A stretch of DNA of 64,000 nucleotides from Tubiluchus corallicola (taxonomy: Eukaryota > Animalia > Priapulida). Under the pieces are notes generated by a model. The model was not told where the DNA came from, searched no databases, and worked only from the letters and a program-made list of their open reading frames with translations. The stretch is taken from NCBI GenBank assembly GCA_030141605.1, contig JAQGDQ010000315.1, positions 212,505-276,504 of the forward strand, written 5' to 3'. Positions 25,359-40,356 of this stretch are shown here, in pieces. Numbering within the stretch: the stretch's first letter is position 1; each line of letters begins with the position of its first letter. A program made the position numbers and the translations under genes.

Positions 25359-27369
25359 ATTACCCCGCGTGCCAAGCTGAAATTTATAAGGCATCAAAAT
25401 ATGAAGAAAGTTCTTGATTAGTCGAAGTCAGTCAATATGAGTTCCTAAAACCTTGTCTGCAGGATTCTATAATGTATGTGGAAGTCGCACAAATTCGTTT
25501 CTTCGTCAAATCTACTTTGATGTAACAGGTAAAAGCATTTAATGTGTGAAGCCACCCATGAGAGAGAGAGAGAGAGAGATAGTAACTAAAGCATGCAGTT
25601 CCCGGGGTAATAACTTCCAAATCCTTGTCAATGCACGTTTTGTAGTCTTTCAGAGCTTCTGTGCCACTTAATGATATTTTTTGTGAAGGACACAGCTGGG
25701 TACAGTACAGCACATTTGAAAGTGCTTAAAGGAAAGACCAACCCTCGAACTACATTCCTTGCATTTTAATATACACTTAAAAATATTGAAATTACCACGT
25801 AATATACGCGTATAAAATGCGTTGCTAAAAATGCAAGAGAAGTTTAAATTATTCTTATCTCCTGCCAAACGAACCTAGCTGAAACAATGACGTAACCTGG
25901 TGGACAGCAGGAAGACACGCGTAACAAAGCTTCTGCAGTTCACTAAGAAATTTCGCTATTTTAGCTGATTAAGTCTTTGTATTTAACTATGTTTATGTAA
26001 AAATTAGTCGCCGGATTAACTAGCAACAACTTCAATGTGCTTACATAGCTTTAATCCATAAGATTATACCTCAAAGTGCATAAGTTACTGAAAAGCATGG
26101 AATTCTGTGAGGTTACGAGTACACAGAATGTGCTGGGGCAATTTACCGAGCTTTTACTTGTATAGTTCAGTTTTACTTTGTTAAAATGTTACTTTGTCGG
26201 TGTTAACTAACCGAGTTGGAGGTGTTTATATTATCATCGGTAACTGGTTTCATTATACAGTGAACAACAAGATTCATCAAAAAGCAAAAAATGGTGTTAA
26301 TAATCTCTCGTTTAACTGTTTAACTGTCTGTTGTTCATAATAGTAACTGCTATTGCAGAAAAGTCTGGCCAAGCACCTGGTGAGATAAATGTGCATGTAT
26401 AACGGTAACCCGATGACAGCATTTTCGTTCAATATGAGCGCGCCCAAGAGTGAAATGATCGCCATTTTAAATTGATCTCGCTCGTTACAAGCTTATCACA
26501 ATTATATTGCTGAAACTTTCAAACATTTTTCTCTAATAATAAGGCATACTCAGCTTCCCGAGAGCCTAGGCTTTTCCTCTAATACGTTTCTGGCTGTTTA
26601 GCGTTTTAATTGTCCATAGTTACTAATTAAGTAGATTTTACTCCGACTGTTAACATTACACGACGTCTCCCAGCTGGGTGTTGAATACAGACTGCCGAAC
26701 TGCCGTTGTTTTGGATCTTGTCTCATTTGTAAATATTAGTAAGGTAACTGCAGTTTTATTCAACAGGATAACAGTTTTAGGATGACAATTTCTTTATCTC
26801 ATTGCAGATGCTATTTGATTACACACTGTTCATTATAATTGCATTGAGACGGATTGGCGAAAGACCTTAACGGTCACCTAACAGCCACCCCTATTTATAA
26901 AACATTACTTTTGTATTTAGGTAGTTAACTTAGTAGTAATATTAGCAGCATGTGAGAGAATTGCGAGAGAAGGCGAATCTGGGCGACTAAACACCGCCTC
27001 TCTTTCAGTAACCTAGCAGTTTCGTTTAGCGATTTTTAATTTTCCTTTTGTGCTCTGTGTGTACATTTGTGCATGAATCAAAGTAAAACCCACATAAATC
27101 AACTCTGTAATGCCAGGCTATAATCAGCTAACGAGAAACAGTAAAATTTCCTATAGTAAATATATCCTTTATAAACACCGAGAGTATTGTTAGAAAACTG
27201 CATTTAGATAGGGACGGTTGTAGGTAGTTTGTTGCCCTAGGTAAATGTATTTTAGCGCCCCTCCTGAACAGTCAGGTTCGGTTCCCACCCACTCCAAATT
27301 TAAATTCTTTTTCTATATAATAAAGTGTAATGTCAACCGAATTTGAAACAATTTATGACCCCATTTATT

Positions 27370-30279
27370 ACACCTGTATCTGTAAATCCCCTATACGCAT
27401 GTACCTGTATATCCTCTATACACATGTACCTGTATATCCGCTATACACATGTACCTGTATGTCCTCTATACACATGTACCTGTATATCCGCTATACACAT
27501 GTACCTGCATATCCCCTATACACATGTACCTATATATCCCCTATACGCATGTACCTGCATATCCTCTATACACATGTACCTGTATATCCTCTATACACAT
27601 GTACCTGCATATCCTCTATACACATGTACCTGTATATCCGCTATACACATGTACCTGTATATCCTCTATACGCATGTACCTGTATATCCTCTATACACAT
27701 GTACCTGTATATCCTCTATACACATGTACCTGTATATCCTCTATACACATGTACCTGCATATCCTCTATACGCATGTACCTGCATATCCTCTATACACAT
27801 GTACCTGTATATCCTCTATACACATGTACCTGTATATCCTCTATACACATGTACCTGTATATCCTCTATACACATGTACCTGCAATCCCTATACCATTAC
27901 CTGATATCCTCTATACACATTACCTGTATATCCTCTATACACATGTACCTGCATATCCTCTATACACATGTACCTGTATATCCCCTATACACATGTACCT
28001 GCATATCCTCTATACACATGTACCTGTATATCCCCTATACACATGTACCTGCATATCCCCTATACGCATGTACCTGCATATCCTCTATACACATGTACCT
28101 GTATATCCTCTATACGCATGTACCTGCATATCCTCTATACACATGTACCTGTATATCCTCTATACACATGTACCTGTATATCCTCTATACACATGTACCT
28201 GTATATCCTCTATACACATGTACCTGTATATCCTCTATACACATGTACCTGTATATCCTCTATACACATGTACCTGCATATCCTCTATACACATGTACCT
28301 GTATATCCTCTATACACATGTACCTGTATATCCTCTATACACATGTACCTGCATATCCTCTATACACATGTACCTGTATATCCCCTATACACATGTACCT
28401 GCATATCCTCTATACACATTTACCTGTATATCCTCTATACACATGTACCTGCATATCCTCTATACACATGTACCTGTATATCCCAACACAACTCTTATCC
28501 CTATACACATGTACCTGCATATCCTCTATACACATGTACCTGCATATCCTCTATACGCATGTACCTGTATATCCTCTATACACATGTACCTGTATATCCT
28601 CTATACACATGTACCTGTATATCCCCTATACACATGTACCTGTATATCCTCTATACACATGTACCTGTATATCCTCTATACACATGTACCTGTATATCCT
28701 CTATACACATGTACCTGTATATCCTCTATACACATGTACCTGTATATCCTCTATACACATGTACCTGTATATCCTCTATACACATGTACCTGTATATCCT
28801 CTATACACATGTACCTGTATATCCTCTATACACATGTACCTGTATATCCCAATTACCTGTATATCCTATACACATGTACTGTATATCCTCTATACACATG
28901 TACCTGTATATCTTCTATACACATGTACCTGTATATCCTCTATACACATGTACCTGTATATCCTCTATACACATGTACCTGTATATCTTCTATACACATG
29001 TACCTGTATATCCTCTATACACATGTACCTGTATATCCTCTATACACATGTACCTGTATATCCTCTATACACATGTACCTGTATATCCTCTATACACATG
29101 TACCTGTATATCCCCTATACACATGTACCTGTATATCCTCTATACACATGTACCTGTATATCCTCTATACACATGTACCTGCATATCCTCTATACACATG
29201 TACCTGTATATCCCCTATACACATGTACCTGTATATCCTCTATACACATGTACCTGTATATCCTCTATACACATGTACCTGTATATCCTCTATACACATG
29301 TACCTGTATATCCTCTATACACATGTACCTGTATATCCTCTATACACATGTACCTGTATATCCTCTATACACATGTACCTGTATATCCTCTATACACATG
29401 TACCTGTATATCCTCTATACACATGTACCTGTATATCCTCTATACACATGTACCTGTATATCCTCTATACACATGTACCTGTATATCCTCTATACACATG
29501 TACCTGTATATCCTCTATACACATGTACCTGTATATCCTCTATACACATGTACCTGTATATCCTCTATACACATGTACCTGTATATCCTCTATACACATG
29601 TACCTGTATATCCTCTATACACATGTACCTGTATATCCTCTATACACATGTACCTGTATATCCTCTATACACATGTACCTGTATATCCTCTATACACATG
29701 TACCTGTATATCCTCTATACACATGTACCTGTATATCCTCTATACACATGTACCTGTATATCCTCTATACACATGTACCTGTATATCCTCTATACACATG
29801 TACCTGTATATCCTCTATACACATTTACCTGTATATCCTCTATACACATGTACCTGTATATCCTCTATACACATGTACCTGTATATCCTCTATACACATG
29901 TACCTGTATATCCTCTATACACATGTACCTGCATATCCTCTATACACATGTACCTGTATATCCTCTATACACATGTACCTGTATATCCTCTATACACATT
30001 ACTGTATATCCTCTATACACATGTACCTGTATATCCTCTATACACATGTACCTGTATATCCTCTATACACATGTACCTGCATATCTTCTATACACATGTA
30101 CCTGTATATCCTCTATACACATGTACCTGCATATCCTCTATACACATGTACCTGTATATCCTCTATACACATGTACCTGTATATCCTCTATACACATGTA
30201 CCTGTATATCCTCTATACACATGTACCTATATATCCCCTATACACATGTACCTGCATATCCTCTATACACACTTACCTG
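27370..30279. repeat. 25-bp minisatellite array (>110 copies), unit CCTCTATACACATGTACCTGTATAT
   Basis: Direct reading; the unit contains a TATACA..TGTATA inverted repeat; the array runs into the gap. Confidence 0.98.
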
Positions 30280-30557
30280 NNNNNNNNNNNNNNNNNNNNN
30301 NNNNNNNNNNNNNNNNNNNNNNNNNNNNNNNNNNNNNNNNNNNNNNNNNNNNNNNNNNNNNNNNNNNNNNNNNNNNNNNNNNNNNNNNNNNNNNNNNNNN
30401 NNNNNNNNNNNNNNNNNNNNNNNNNNNNNNNNNNNNNNNNNNNNNNNNNNNNNNNNNNNNNNNNNNNNNNNNNNNNNNNNNNNNNNNNNNNNNNNNNNNN
30501 NNNNNNNNNNNNNNNNNNNNNNNNNNNNNNNNNNNNNNNNNNNNNNNNNNNNNNNNN
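30280..30557. other. Assembly gap (278 N)
   Basis: Run of N. Confidence 1.
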
Positions 30558-31359
30558 GTTATTACTGTTGTAATAACAGAAAATAATAATAACAATAATT
30601 AAATAATTAATAATAAAAATATTTACAGAATTTGGCACCTTGGCAACTACTTACTTTGCCTAGTGGTAGAGCCAACCTTGACTTTGATACTGTGTGTTTG
30701 ATCAAAAATTAATATATATCTATAGCAGTGCACTTCAACTTGACTTTACTAGCATATTCCCCTGCCGACAATGTTTGTCATGTCGTAGTTTCGCAAGCTG
30801 AATGTTCACAGATGTGAAACGTTTGATGGTTGGAAATTCCCTGCTGTAATCGAAACTATCGTGCTGTCTAACATTAAATTAAATTCCTTACTGTCCATGT
30901 TCGGCTGACTTTTTCAGCAAAAATCATAAAACTCTATGCAGCAGCACTCGTTTGCTCTCGTTGTGTTTGCTCAGCGGCAGGTAATGCGACGTTTTGTTAG
31001 CTTTGGAACAATCTCATTGCAACGATAATAATTTATGGTTTTCAGTTCCTAGCAAAGAAATCTAGCCTGCAACTCCGGCTTAATCAATTTTTCGCCTAAG
31101 TGATCCTGGAGGAATTTTTCCAAACCTGGACAACATGGCAGTTCTTATCAATTTGGCCACAGCACAATTTGAACAAAACTGTTACTGGGTCGAAAGATGA
31201 ACGCAAAAGGATTTAATAAGCAAAATACACACCGGTTCTCACGCAAGCACACACTTACACACACCCACACTCATCACCCACACGCGCGCACAAACTCACA
31301 CGCAAAAGCCCTCACACATGCACACGCTCATGCACATATGCACGCACGCACGCACGCAG

Positions 31360-31466
<107 letters not shown>

Positions 31467-31816
31467 AAACAGCTTTTTATTTAACAGTATAATGCTTACT
31501 AATATGGAGTCACTGTAAGTAAGGTTCTTATGTGAATGAGAATGAAGTTCATCATTATGATTATTATTACGCAATGCAAAATGGATTCATCTGTTTAATT
31601 AACAATAGTATGGGGTGCTTCATTCTCTTGTGGACTCAATTTTCTACCTATAATCATCTTAATTATACGCTGCAATTAACAATCCTCATTACCGTCACTC
31701 CTTCAGTTTTGCGAAATGTTTTCCTCCAGTTAATTATTTACTTGCCTTTCCACAACAACGAAATTGAAAAGGCACGTTATTTTTGAAGTTTTTTCTTTTG
31801 GACATTTTTTATTAAT

Positions 31817-32194
31817 AAGCTGTTTCACAGTTTCAAAGATTGATGATGATTGTGAAAAGGTCAAAGATTAAGTGTACCAGACAACGCATTTGTGTACACT
31901 TGACAGCGCCTCGCAGCCCATGCTACTGTAATAGTAACAGTTTTAACAATCAGCTAGAACCTCACCTAGTTCATTTTCTCTTGTTCCCAAGCAAGATCCT
32001 GTTAGTAAATCACTCTATGCACAGACTAATGCATAATTAAGTAAAGTCCTCGTAAAACAAATGAAGTTACTGAACTGATACTTTGCTTTACACAATGTCA
32101 CGTGATGATTCTAGTTAAGACGCGTTGCTGTGGTACACTTAACCTTTGACCTACAGCAACTGCGCGTGCGTACAACGAAACTGTGAAAAGGCTT
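31817..32194 (+). mobile_element. MITE family A copy 2
   Basis: AAGCTGTTTCACAGTT...AACTGTGAAAAGGCTT, AT-flanked; colinear with copy 1. Confidence 0.85.
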
Positions 32195-32364
32195 ATCGTT
32201 CCAGTTCTTTTCGTTGTTAAGTATTATTACTGCATTACTTAAAAACATATTTGGTAGATAGTGCTGATCTCATACAAAATTGTCGAAATATTTGTTTAAA
32301 TTAACCTCATATAAACATCAGACTAATTAACATTTTTTATTACAGGCACTTAAAAACATTTATT

Positions 32365-32642
32365 GTTAAAACACCACAACTTTATTAAAACTTTTAATTT
32401 ACATCGTAAAAAATCATGTCAAACGTTTTTCACGGAGATACTGCTATCATCGTTATGTATTTTTAAATACATAACTAGTGCCTAGTGCATAATGTTCTAT
32501 TCTGTAGCGTCTGCCTACATAAACTGGTTGTATGTTTATAAAAATTTACCACTGATGATGACAGCAATAGTTCTGTCGAAAGTTTGACATGATTTTTTAA
32601 CTATGTAAATTAAAAGTTATAACAAAGTTCTGGTGTTCTAAC
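32365..32642. mobile_element. Divergent inverted pair (~115-120 bp arms) with decayed hammerhead-like motifs; Penelope-like relic
   Basis: Arms ~32365-32479 and ~32523-32642; right arm CTGATGA-T-GACAG-caatagtt-CTGTC-GAAA (32552-32581). Confidence 0.6.
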
Positions 32643-33227
32643 TATAGAATAATTATCTTGTACAATATTAAATATCAATTTTATGCCACAATAATTATTT
32701 AGCTTCACGCTACAGAAATCGTAGCAAAAAGGTAGTTTCAAGGGTGCATAGATTTTGATACAATTTCAGAACAACCTTCGAATTGCTCTAACATTGACAA
32801 TTTTGTCACGGGTTTGGGAATACGGATTTCTCTGTCGAAGCAGCAGGATCGCATTACCAGGTTAAACCATGTGTAATGCAATATATGGGCTATATGTGAA
32901 ACTGCTAAGTTCAACTAAATCTGCTGACAAATACGTAGGTTTCCTATGATATATCTAATAAGCCTGCGTTCCCATGTGAATTATCCTATTATTGTATTAG
33001 TTTAGTTTATATTGAAATATAGAGCTTTTGCACGATATACCCTACTGACAGTGTGTCCCCGATTCCAGATGGACATTATCCCATGATTGCATTAGCCTGT
33101 CGATTTCAGTCGAACAAATGTACATAACAGTACAACGTAGACACAACAGACCTATTCGCTGGCTGAGTTGTAGTGCTCTCACCAACGTGGCGTAACGCTG
33201 GTAGAATGATAACGCAACCTTGGTCAC

Positions 33228-33261
33228 CAGCAGCGACAGCAACAGCAGCAGCAGCAGCAGC

Positions 33262-33310
<49 letters not shown>

Positions 33311-33324
33311 GCAACAACAACAGC

Positions 33325-33367
<43 letters not shown>

Positions 33368-33393
33368 GCGACAATGACGACAAAAGCAGCAGC
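33228..33393. repeat. (CAG)n/(CAA)n microsatellite
   Basis: Direct reading. Confidence 0.97.
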
Positions 33394-33787
33394 AGTTACG
33401 AAGACGGTACTAGTAGCATTTTTCTTCCAATGAAAAATCTTTTTTATTTCCATTGGTAATATATTTCAGGAATATAAAAAATGATTTTTCAGTCCACAAT
33501 ACTTGAATACCACGTGATCTAGGTAGTAATTTTCAGTTGCCAATGTCACTTAACAGTTTATGCAGCGATGTCTGTTAATGTATCGGCAGGCTTTTGAATA
33601 ACTAGCGTACTTTAAGTGTAAACAATTCGGCTGATACTCGAGCGCCATTACTTTATTAAAACTATATTTTCACACTTTTTTTTTGTTAAAGTCTTTAGTG
33701 ATTAGTCTTCTGATTTTGCTTTAAAGAATCATAAAGACCGAACAGTTGTGGCGGCTTGTTTCTATACAAAGCTAACAGATTCTAAAT

Positions 33788-34153
33788 AAGCCTTTTCACA
33801 GGTCTAGCGATTGATGATGATCATGGAAAGGTCAAAGGTTAAGTGTACCAGACAACACATTTGTGTACACGTGACAACGTCTCGCAGCCCATGATATTCT
33901 AATATTAACAGTTTTAACAGCTAGCTAGAACCTTACCTAGTTCCCAAGCAAGATCCTGCTAGTAAATCACTCTATGCACAGCACAGACTAATGCATAATT
34001 AAGTAAAGTCCACGTAAGACAACAGAAGTTACTGAACTGTCACTAAAACCCACATGTCACGTGATGGTTGTAATTAAGACGCGATGCTGTGGCACACTTA
34101 ACCTTTGACCTACAGCAAAGGAGCGTACGCAAAACAAAACCGTGAAAAGGCTT
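33788..34153 (+). mobile_element. MITE family A copy 3
   Basis: AAGCCTTTTCACAG...CCGTGAAAAGGCTT, AT-flanked. Confidence 0.85.
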
Positions 34154-34484
34154 ATTGAAGAAAATTAAGATGCAACCATTAACTGGGAAAACCTTTCACA
34201 TAAACAATAAGGCTAGTAAAATTTTTCAATTTCTAAATTATTGGTTGTCCTGGTCAGTTGTCTGACCTCAAATGTTATTTACACGGACGGTGAAGTCTGC
34301 ATGTAATGTAGGCCTAATATATATATATATATATGAATAATTGATTGCTTTTCTGAAAGTTTGAGGTGTTGTTAAGAACTTTAAATATTGTGAAATACCG
34401 TTTAATACAAGAGCAATTTCAATAAAAGTTTTGGTACAGCTCTACACAGCTTCATATGTTTTGGCTTACTGTATGTTTGTTGTA

Positions 34485-34746
34485 CGTATGTATGTATATT
34501 TGTACGTAGGTTTGTTGTATGTATGTATGTATGTATGTATGTATGTATGTATGTATGTATGTATGTATGTATGTATGTATGTACGTATGCACGCATGTAC
34601 GTAGGTATGCATGTACGTATGTATGTATGTATGTATGTTGTATGTATGTATGTATGTATGTATGTATGTATGTATGTATGTATGTATGTATGTATGTATG
34701 TATGTAGGTATGTATGTACGTATGTACGTATGTACGTATGCGTGTA

Positions 34747-34828
<82 letters not shown>

Positions 34829-34955
34829 TATGTGTGTATGTGTGTATGTATGTATGTATGTATGTATGTATGTATGTATGTATGTATGTATGTATGTATG
34901 TATGTATGTATGTATGTATGTATGTATGTATGTATGTATGTATGTATGTATGTTT
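34485..34955. repeat. (TATG)n/(TG)n compound microsatellite
   Basis: Direct reading. Confidence 0.97.
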
Positions 34956-36874
34956 GTTTGTTTTAAGTATGCTTGTTGTATGTATTGTTTGTTGTTTGTC
35001 ATTTGTATGAATTGCATGTTTATTCTGAAAAAAAGACGTATAAAGTTGACTTAAGGTGTCTGAGAATAATGTTAAAAAAGTAAAAGGCAAATACTTCACC
35101 TGGAACGTTCATTCTTGTTGTGTACATACGCACACACACACACACGCGCACGCATGCACGCACGCACTTCAAGAAGTTATTTCATAGAAGTTTTCCAGAT
35201 AAATGATAAATTAAAATTTATGAAACACCAAAATGGAATTTATTGCTTATTTTAATATTAATAAAAATGAATTCAAATAGTTTGTATTAGTTACAATTTC
35301 CTGACCATATTTTCAGGTGTGACATGAAGTGTGTTTCACGGAAAAATCGAACACTGTTTGACATTAGTTTGTTTGTCACATCGAAGAAATAAATAGTAGG
35401 GTATTAATAACTTTTTATAAAATGTGCAAGTGAGCAACTATTGGCTGATAGCTTCCATGTTTTTTAGTATCTCTAAATGTCTAAACGATGTTCGTTTTCT
35501 CAAGCTAGTTGTTTAAACATTTGTTGCCACGATGTGCGGTACATGCGTTACCACCAAGCACTATTTTGACAGTATGTACCTGTCTGGCTTCACAATATTT
35601 ATAGGCTGACTATAGATTCTTAGACGTTTTCCCGACGTGGAATAATGAAATTGCGAAAATATAATTTAACTACGTTTTGTACAACCAGGGATTTATACGT
35701 TTTCGAAAACTGATCATTTTCGCTGTCTCTGGCGTATTTAAACATTAATTTCGTAAATTTATTTGCAAATAGCTTCCCAGACTGCGCTAGGTTGATAACG
35801 AGGGAATGTACAGCATTTCTTCCGGTAAAGATCGCAAGGCTAGTAATTTAGTATTAAGACGTCAGCTCACCATCTGTACTTTACAGCAAATTGCAGCGGT
35901 TTTGTTTCATTGCAGAGTAACTTTAAACGACCAACTTGCTCTCTTCCGGGAAAATTATACTGTTACTGACACTTTCTAAAATAATTAATACAGAGATAAC
36001 TTAAAAGGCGCCATCGTATCAAGTTTATTTAGTTTAATCAATTTAAACGCACAAGTTTTGACTTGATAGACTAGGTGTCCATATCACTCCATATCAAGTA
36101 ACTCCATACAAATGCAGCCAGACGTTATAGTTTAACCTGCTGTTATTTTCCTATAGAGCACAATTTCGTAGTAATAATATAATAATAAATATGATTTTTG
36201 CAGAAGTACATTCAGTGCATTTGCAAATAAATACATTGAGTGGATAATAAAATCAATACAGTTACAGTTATCACAATTGATAACATATATACAATAGTAT
36301 TCATAAATGTTATATGTGGTTAGCAATAAATACATAAAACTTATAAATATATACATAACATATGATTACACATGCGTGACGACACATAAATATAATAAAT
36401 GCGCGATGTTCTGAATATTTGTACATACACATAAATAAACATACACGCAGTTCGTAAGATACAGCGGGTTTATAAGGAAGTACAGTACTTCTTTATATTT
36501 TCAATTATGGAAAGCCGTCCTCAAAATGAGAGGATTTTTGTCAGCCAATCTTGCTTTATATTTAAAAGTGAGTGTTGGGCCTCTGGGCTGACGATAATCA
36601 TTGTTTATATGTCAATGATAAATGTACCTCGTTTATTTAATCTGACAAAATTTCATCTGAAATAAAGATAGGAAACGTAAAAAGAACGGAGTCTGCATTT
36701 GAATCAGGAATTTTGTAGGAATCATAATGTAGTTTGTACTAAAGTGTCGGCTTCCTGTAGGCCTAAGTGCTTCCTGTAGACCTGGGTGGCTTCTTCTGTA
36801 CAAGAGTTAATATGTACATAACATTCACACTGTTTTTTGGTAAATTTAATAAAATAATAATAAAAGAAAAAATA

Positions 36875-37090
<216 letters not shown>

Positions 37091-38382
37091 AATTATTTGT
37101 TGTTACATGTTGTCAAGATGCTAAAAGCAGCTTAACTACACCGTATTTTTAAAAATATAAGTGCTTTTCATTAAGAAAGAAGATAAAACGTAAAACAGAT
37201 GCTTTAAACGTAAACATAATTGATCAGCTGCTGCAATGGATATTACTCTCACTTTAGCCGGCTATGTCAGCATTTCTGCAGCATTTATAGAGTTTTACAT
37301 ATTTGTATTTCAGAATAAATTTTGAAATCTTGTTCATTCTCACAGAGACTATCATTCAGGCTGCTAAACGCCTTATATATTGCTGCTTAATATTCGTATT
37401 TGCGCTGGTGCCTGATGCAGTAGAATTAGACTTACAGTTGTCAGTGCATTACAGAAAACTACATTAATGCTCTTATGATAATATCACCTACTATTAAGCA
37501 TTTTGTCAAAGCATAAATGCATTAGTAGGTAATGCAACCATTAAGCAAGAAAATTAGCCAGGATTCTGTTGATAAGACAAATATTTAGGAAGCATTTCAT
37601 TCTAGCCATTAGCCATTATAAACACGTGCGCCAGTTCAAAAATAAATTCTGTTACAGGGGTTTCGTGAGTTAAACTGACAAGACATTAGTTAGGCCTTTA
37701 AAAGCGTGCTATTTGCATATTTGATTTTATAATTGTGTATTTAATGTTATTAAAAGACAACAGGACAATTTTTATATCATAACTCGTTTGATTTGTGAAC
37801 TGTGTCATGCATATAATATCATTTAAAGTAACTAAAGCGTTTCTTACGTTCAAATATTAGCTTGGGAGCTTCAAACAGTTAGAGGTGACGTTACAGTTGG
37901 GTACAATATTCCAACATTAGGGATCTTTTATGAGCGTCTCATGCAGATAACGCTGCCATGTCACATTGACAGTGAAACACAAAAACTCGACAAGCTCATC
38001 ACAAAGTAAACCCGCGATTTGAGTAGCTTAGCCGCTCCGTTCCAGCAAGTATGTTTATGCAATGCATGTCAGTGAAAAGTCTGCAAAGAAAAATACAATC
38101 GTGTATAGGAATGGCCACAGGCGTGTACAAAAATTCAGCTTCCGAGATAATAATGGTTCAAAGTGGGACAAAAAGAAAAATTTAATGTATCACAAAAAGA
38201 AACTTCGCGCTAAGATATCTGACTTACAATTATGGTTTTATGTTTAAAAAAGTTACGTAATTGGAAAAGAAAATTCTTAGTAATGCAAAATATTCGTGCG
38301 ACCTGACAAAACGTGACTGTATCAGCATCCCACTTTGCACCACTGGTTCACCAAAAACACATTGATATTATTGGCAATATAA

Positions 38383-38670
38383 GGTAACATACTTTTGCTT
38401 AGTTAGCAAAGTATGCGTTATGATTATTTTTTCAAACTTTATGCAATGTTATCTAATCTTGTTTCAAATGACTTACCGCTAAAACGGCTGCGCCTAACCG
38501 CCATCGCGGTAGTTCACATTTACAAGATTTATACTGTGTTACTGTTAATGCGAGCCCTGTATGCAATAGGACAACATGTAAGTGATATAAATTTCAAGAC
38601 GAATTTTTAAACTTCCTTTATGGAAAGGGTTTTCTTGTCTTTAAATCGTTTTCAAAAACAAAATGTTACC
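38383..38670 (+). mobile_element. MITE family D (GGTAACAT...ATGTTACC termini)
   Basis: 8-bp TIR in a TAA-type context; homologous to 11050-11325. Confidence 0.65.
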
Positions 38671-38879
38671 TAAGATATTTGAGGCTATAGTTAATTTCGA
38701 GCTACGGTCTGCAAATGGATAACGTTTTTTTTAAATGAAAATCGTGAGAAAATCTGCCGAGTGGTCACAATGCCTGCTTAAAATTAAAATTGAAATCAAA
38801 AAATAATTTAACTTTGAGAATAAATTATGCTGGGGCCTGGTTAACATCGACTAGAAAAATCACTTTTTGCGGTATCATC

Positions 38880-39450
38880 TGCCAAAATTCCCCCAGACAT
38901 GGTTGAAGGTATCACGTACAAATCTGCAGTCGAGCAAGATGTTTGCTTGGGTTTGTTTTTAGAACATGTGGGGGTTCCAACTCTGAAAACTTCAGACTAT
39001 TGCATTATTCACTGGTCCCACAAATTCTGGAGTGCTGTGCCATTGTTGGGTCTCACCCCCCACACACTGTCTGTGGCATCGAAAGGCAACACGCTATATG
39101 TGCCTCCTAGATCGTAGACCCATGCCTGGCTGCAATAATCGCCTGAAAACTCTCAAAATTATAAGCCTCAAACGCAGAATGGACCTATCATTTCTTGTTT
39201 TTGGATATAAGGCAATGCACGGTTTCTTCCGTCGCGAATTAGATAGCCAATGGACATTTCATGATCAAGCCGTATGATTGGTCGAATGCTTTTAAATAGA
39301 AACAGAACCACCTGTCTGCGTGCCCTCAATTTATAAGAGATTTCCACGCTTGTGGAACGAATTACCTGCAGATGCAATTCTAATGGCGTCATTATCTTCT
39401 TTCAAACAGACTGTCATATGTCATTTTACTATCGAAGACACAAAGTATAA
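38880..39450 (+). mobile_element. Decayed CR1/L2-group LINE 3' fragment
   Basis: Frameshifted peptides RKATRYM..NRLKTLKIISLKRRMDLSFLVFGYKAMHG and FYKRFPRLWNELPADAILMASLSSFKQ match the CR1/L2 ORF2 C-terminus; AATAAA and (TAA)n downstream. Confidence 0.75.
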
Positions 39451-39568
39451 TCGGTTGGCTTTGTATACACAGTGGTAAGCACAACCTTCATATTGATCAT
39501 GGTTATATAATTTTACTGTTTACATTTACTCATGTATAAAGTGTATATATTCATTCTTGTGCCTAATA

Positions 39569-39880
<312 letters not shown>

Positions 39881-40318
39881 TAAATAAATGTAAATAAATA
39901 AACAAACAAATAAATAAAATGAACATGACTAAGACACATGTGTCGCTTCAGTATTTTATCACATAGAAGTATCTTTGATAATGTAGTAGCTATAGATTCT
40001 GGCACGACATTAATCTTGATACGCAGGGATTGCCCAAGATCATGTAGTGACGAGTCAGCTGCTTCAAGGGATCGTTTCGGGCAAAGATTGTCGAGAATAA
40101 CAGATGCAACAAGGGTAGGGCTTTTTGAGGCCACGTCCAAGCAAAAACCTCGGTCTCTAGCGGCCAGTATTTGTGTCTACTGAGCAAATCCTATGAACAA
40201 TCCTGCCATTAGTAACTAAACGTGTCTCATGAGACACAAGGAGATAGAGCAAGTTAGTTTCTTATTGAATTATCCATACTTGGCAAATAAATGTAACTAC
40301 ACCAAAATTGAATTTATA

Positions 40319-40356
40319 GCCTACCGGTTTCGAACAGACTGTTTATTTTCAAGGCA
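40319..40356 (-). ncRNA. Minimal type I hammerhead ribozyme motif, U3:A8 variant (partly decayed)
   Basis: Minus strand GCC-UUGAAAA-U-AAAC agucu GUUC-GAAA-C cg G-UA-GGC; A-C mismatch at the base of stem II. Confidence 0.6.

Larger units (their letters stand above)
27209..30680 (+). mobile_element. Possible decayed hAT-type MITE enclosing the 25-bp satellite
   Basis: Left end TAGGGACGGTTGTAGG..GTTGCCCTAGG..GCGCCCC and right end GGCAACTACTTACTTTGCCTAGTGGTAGAGCCAACCTTG both resemble CAGGGCCGGCTCTA-type termini; imperfect flanks ATTTAGAT/ACTTTGAT; spans an N gap. Confidence 0.4.

Noticed and set aside
27330-30602. 870-1090 aa ORFs (YLYILYTHVPVYPLYTCTCISSIHM repeats)
   Set aside because: A stop-free 25-bp unit read in all three frames and running into Ns; no coding evidence.
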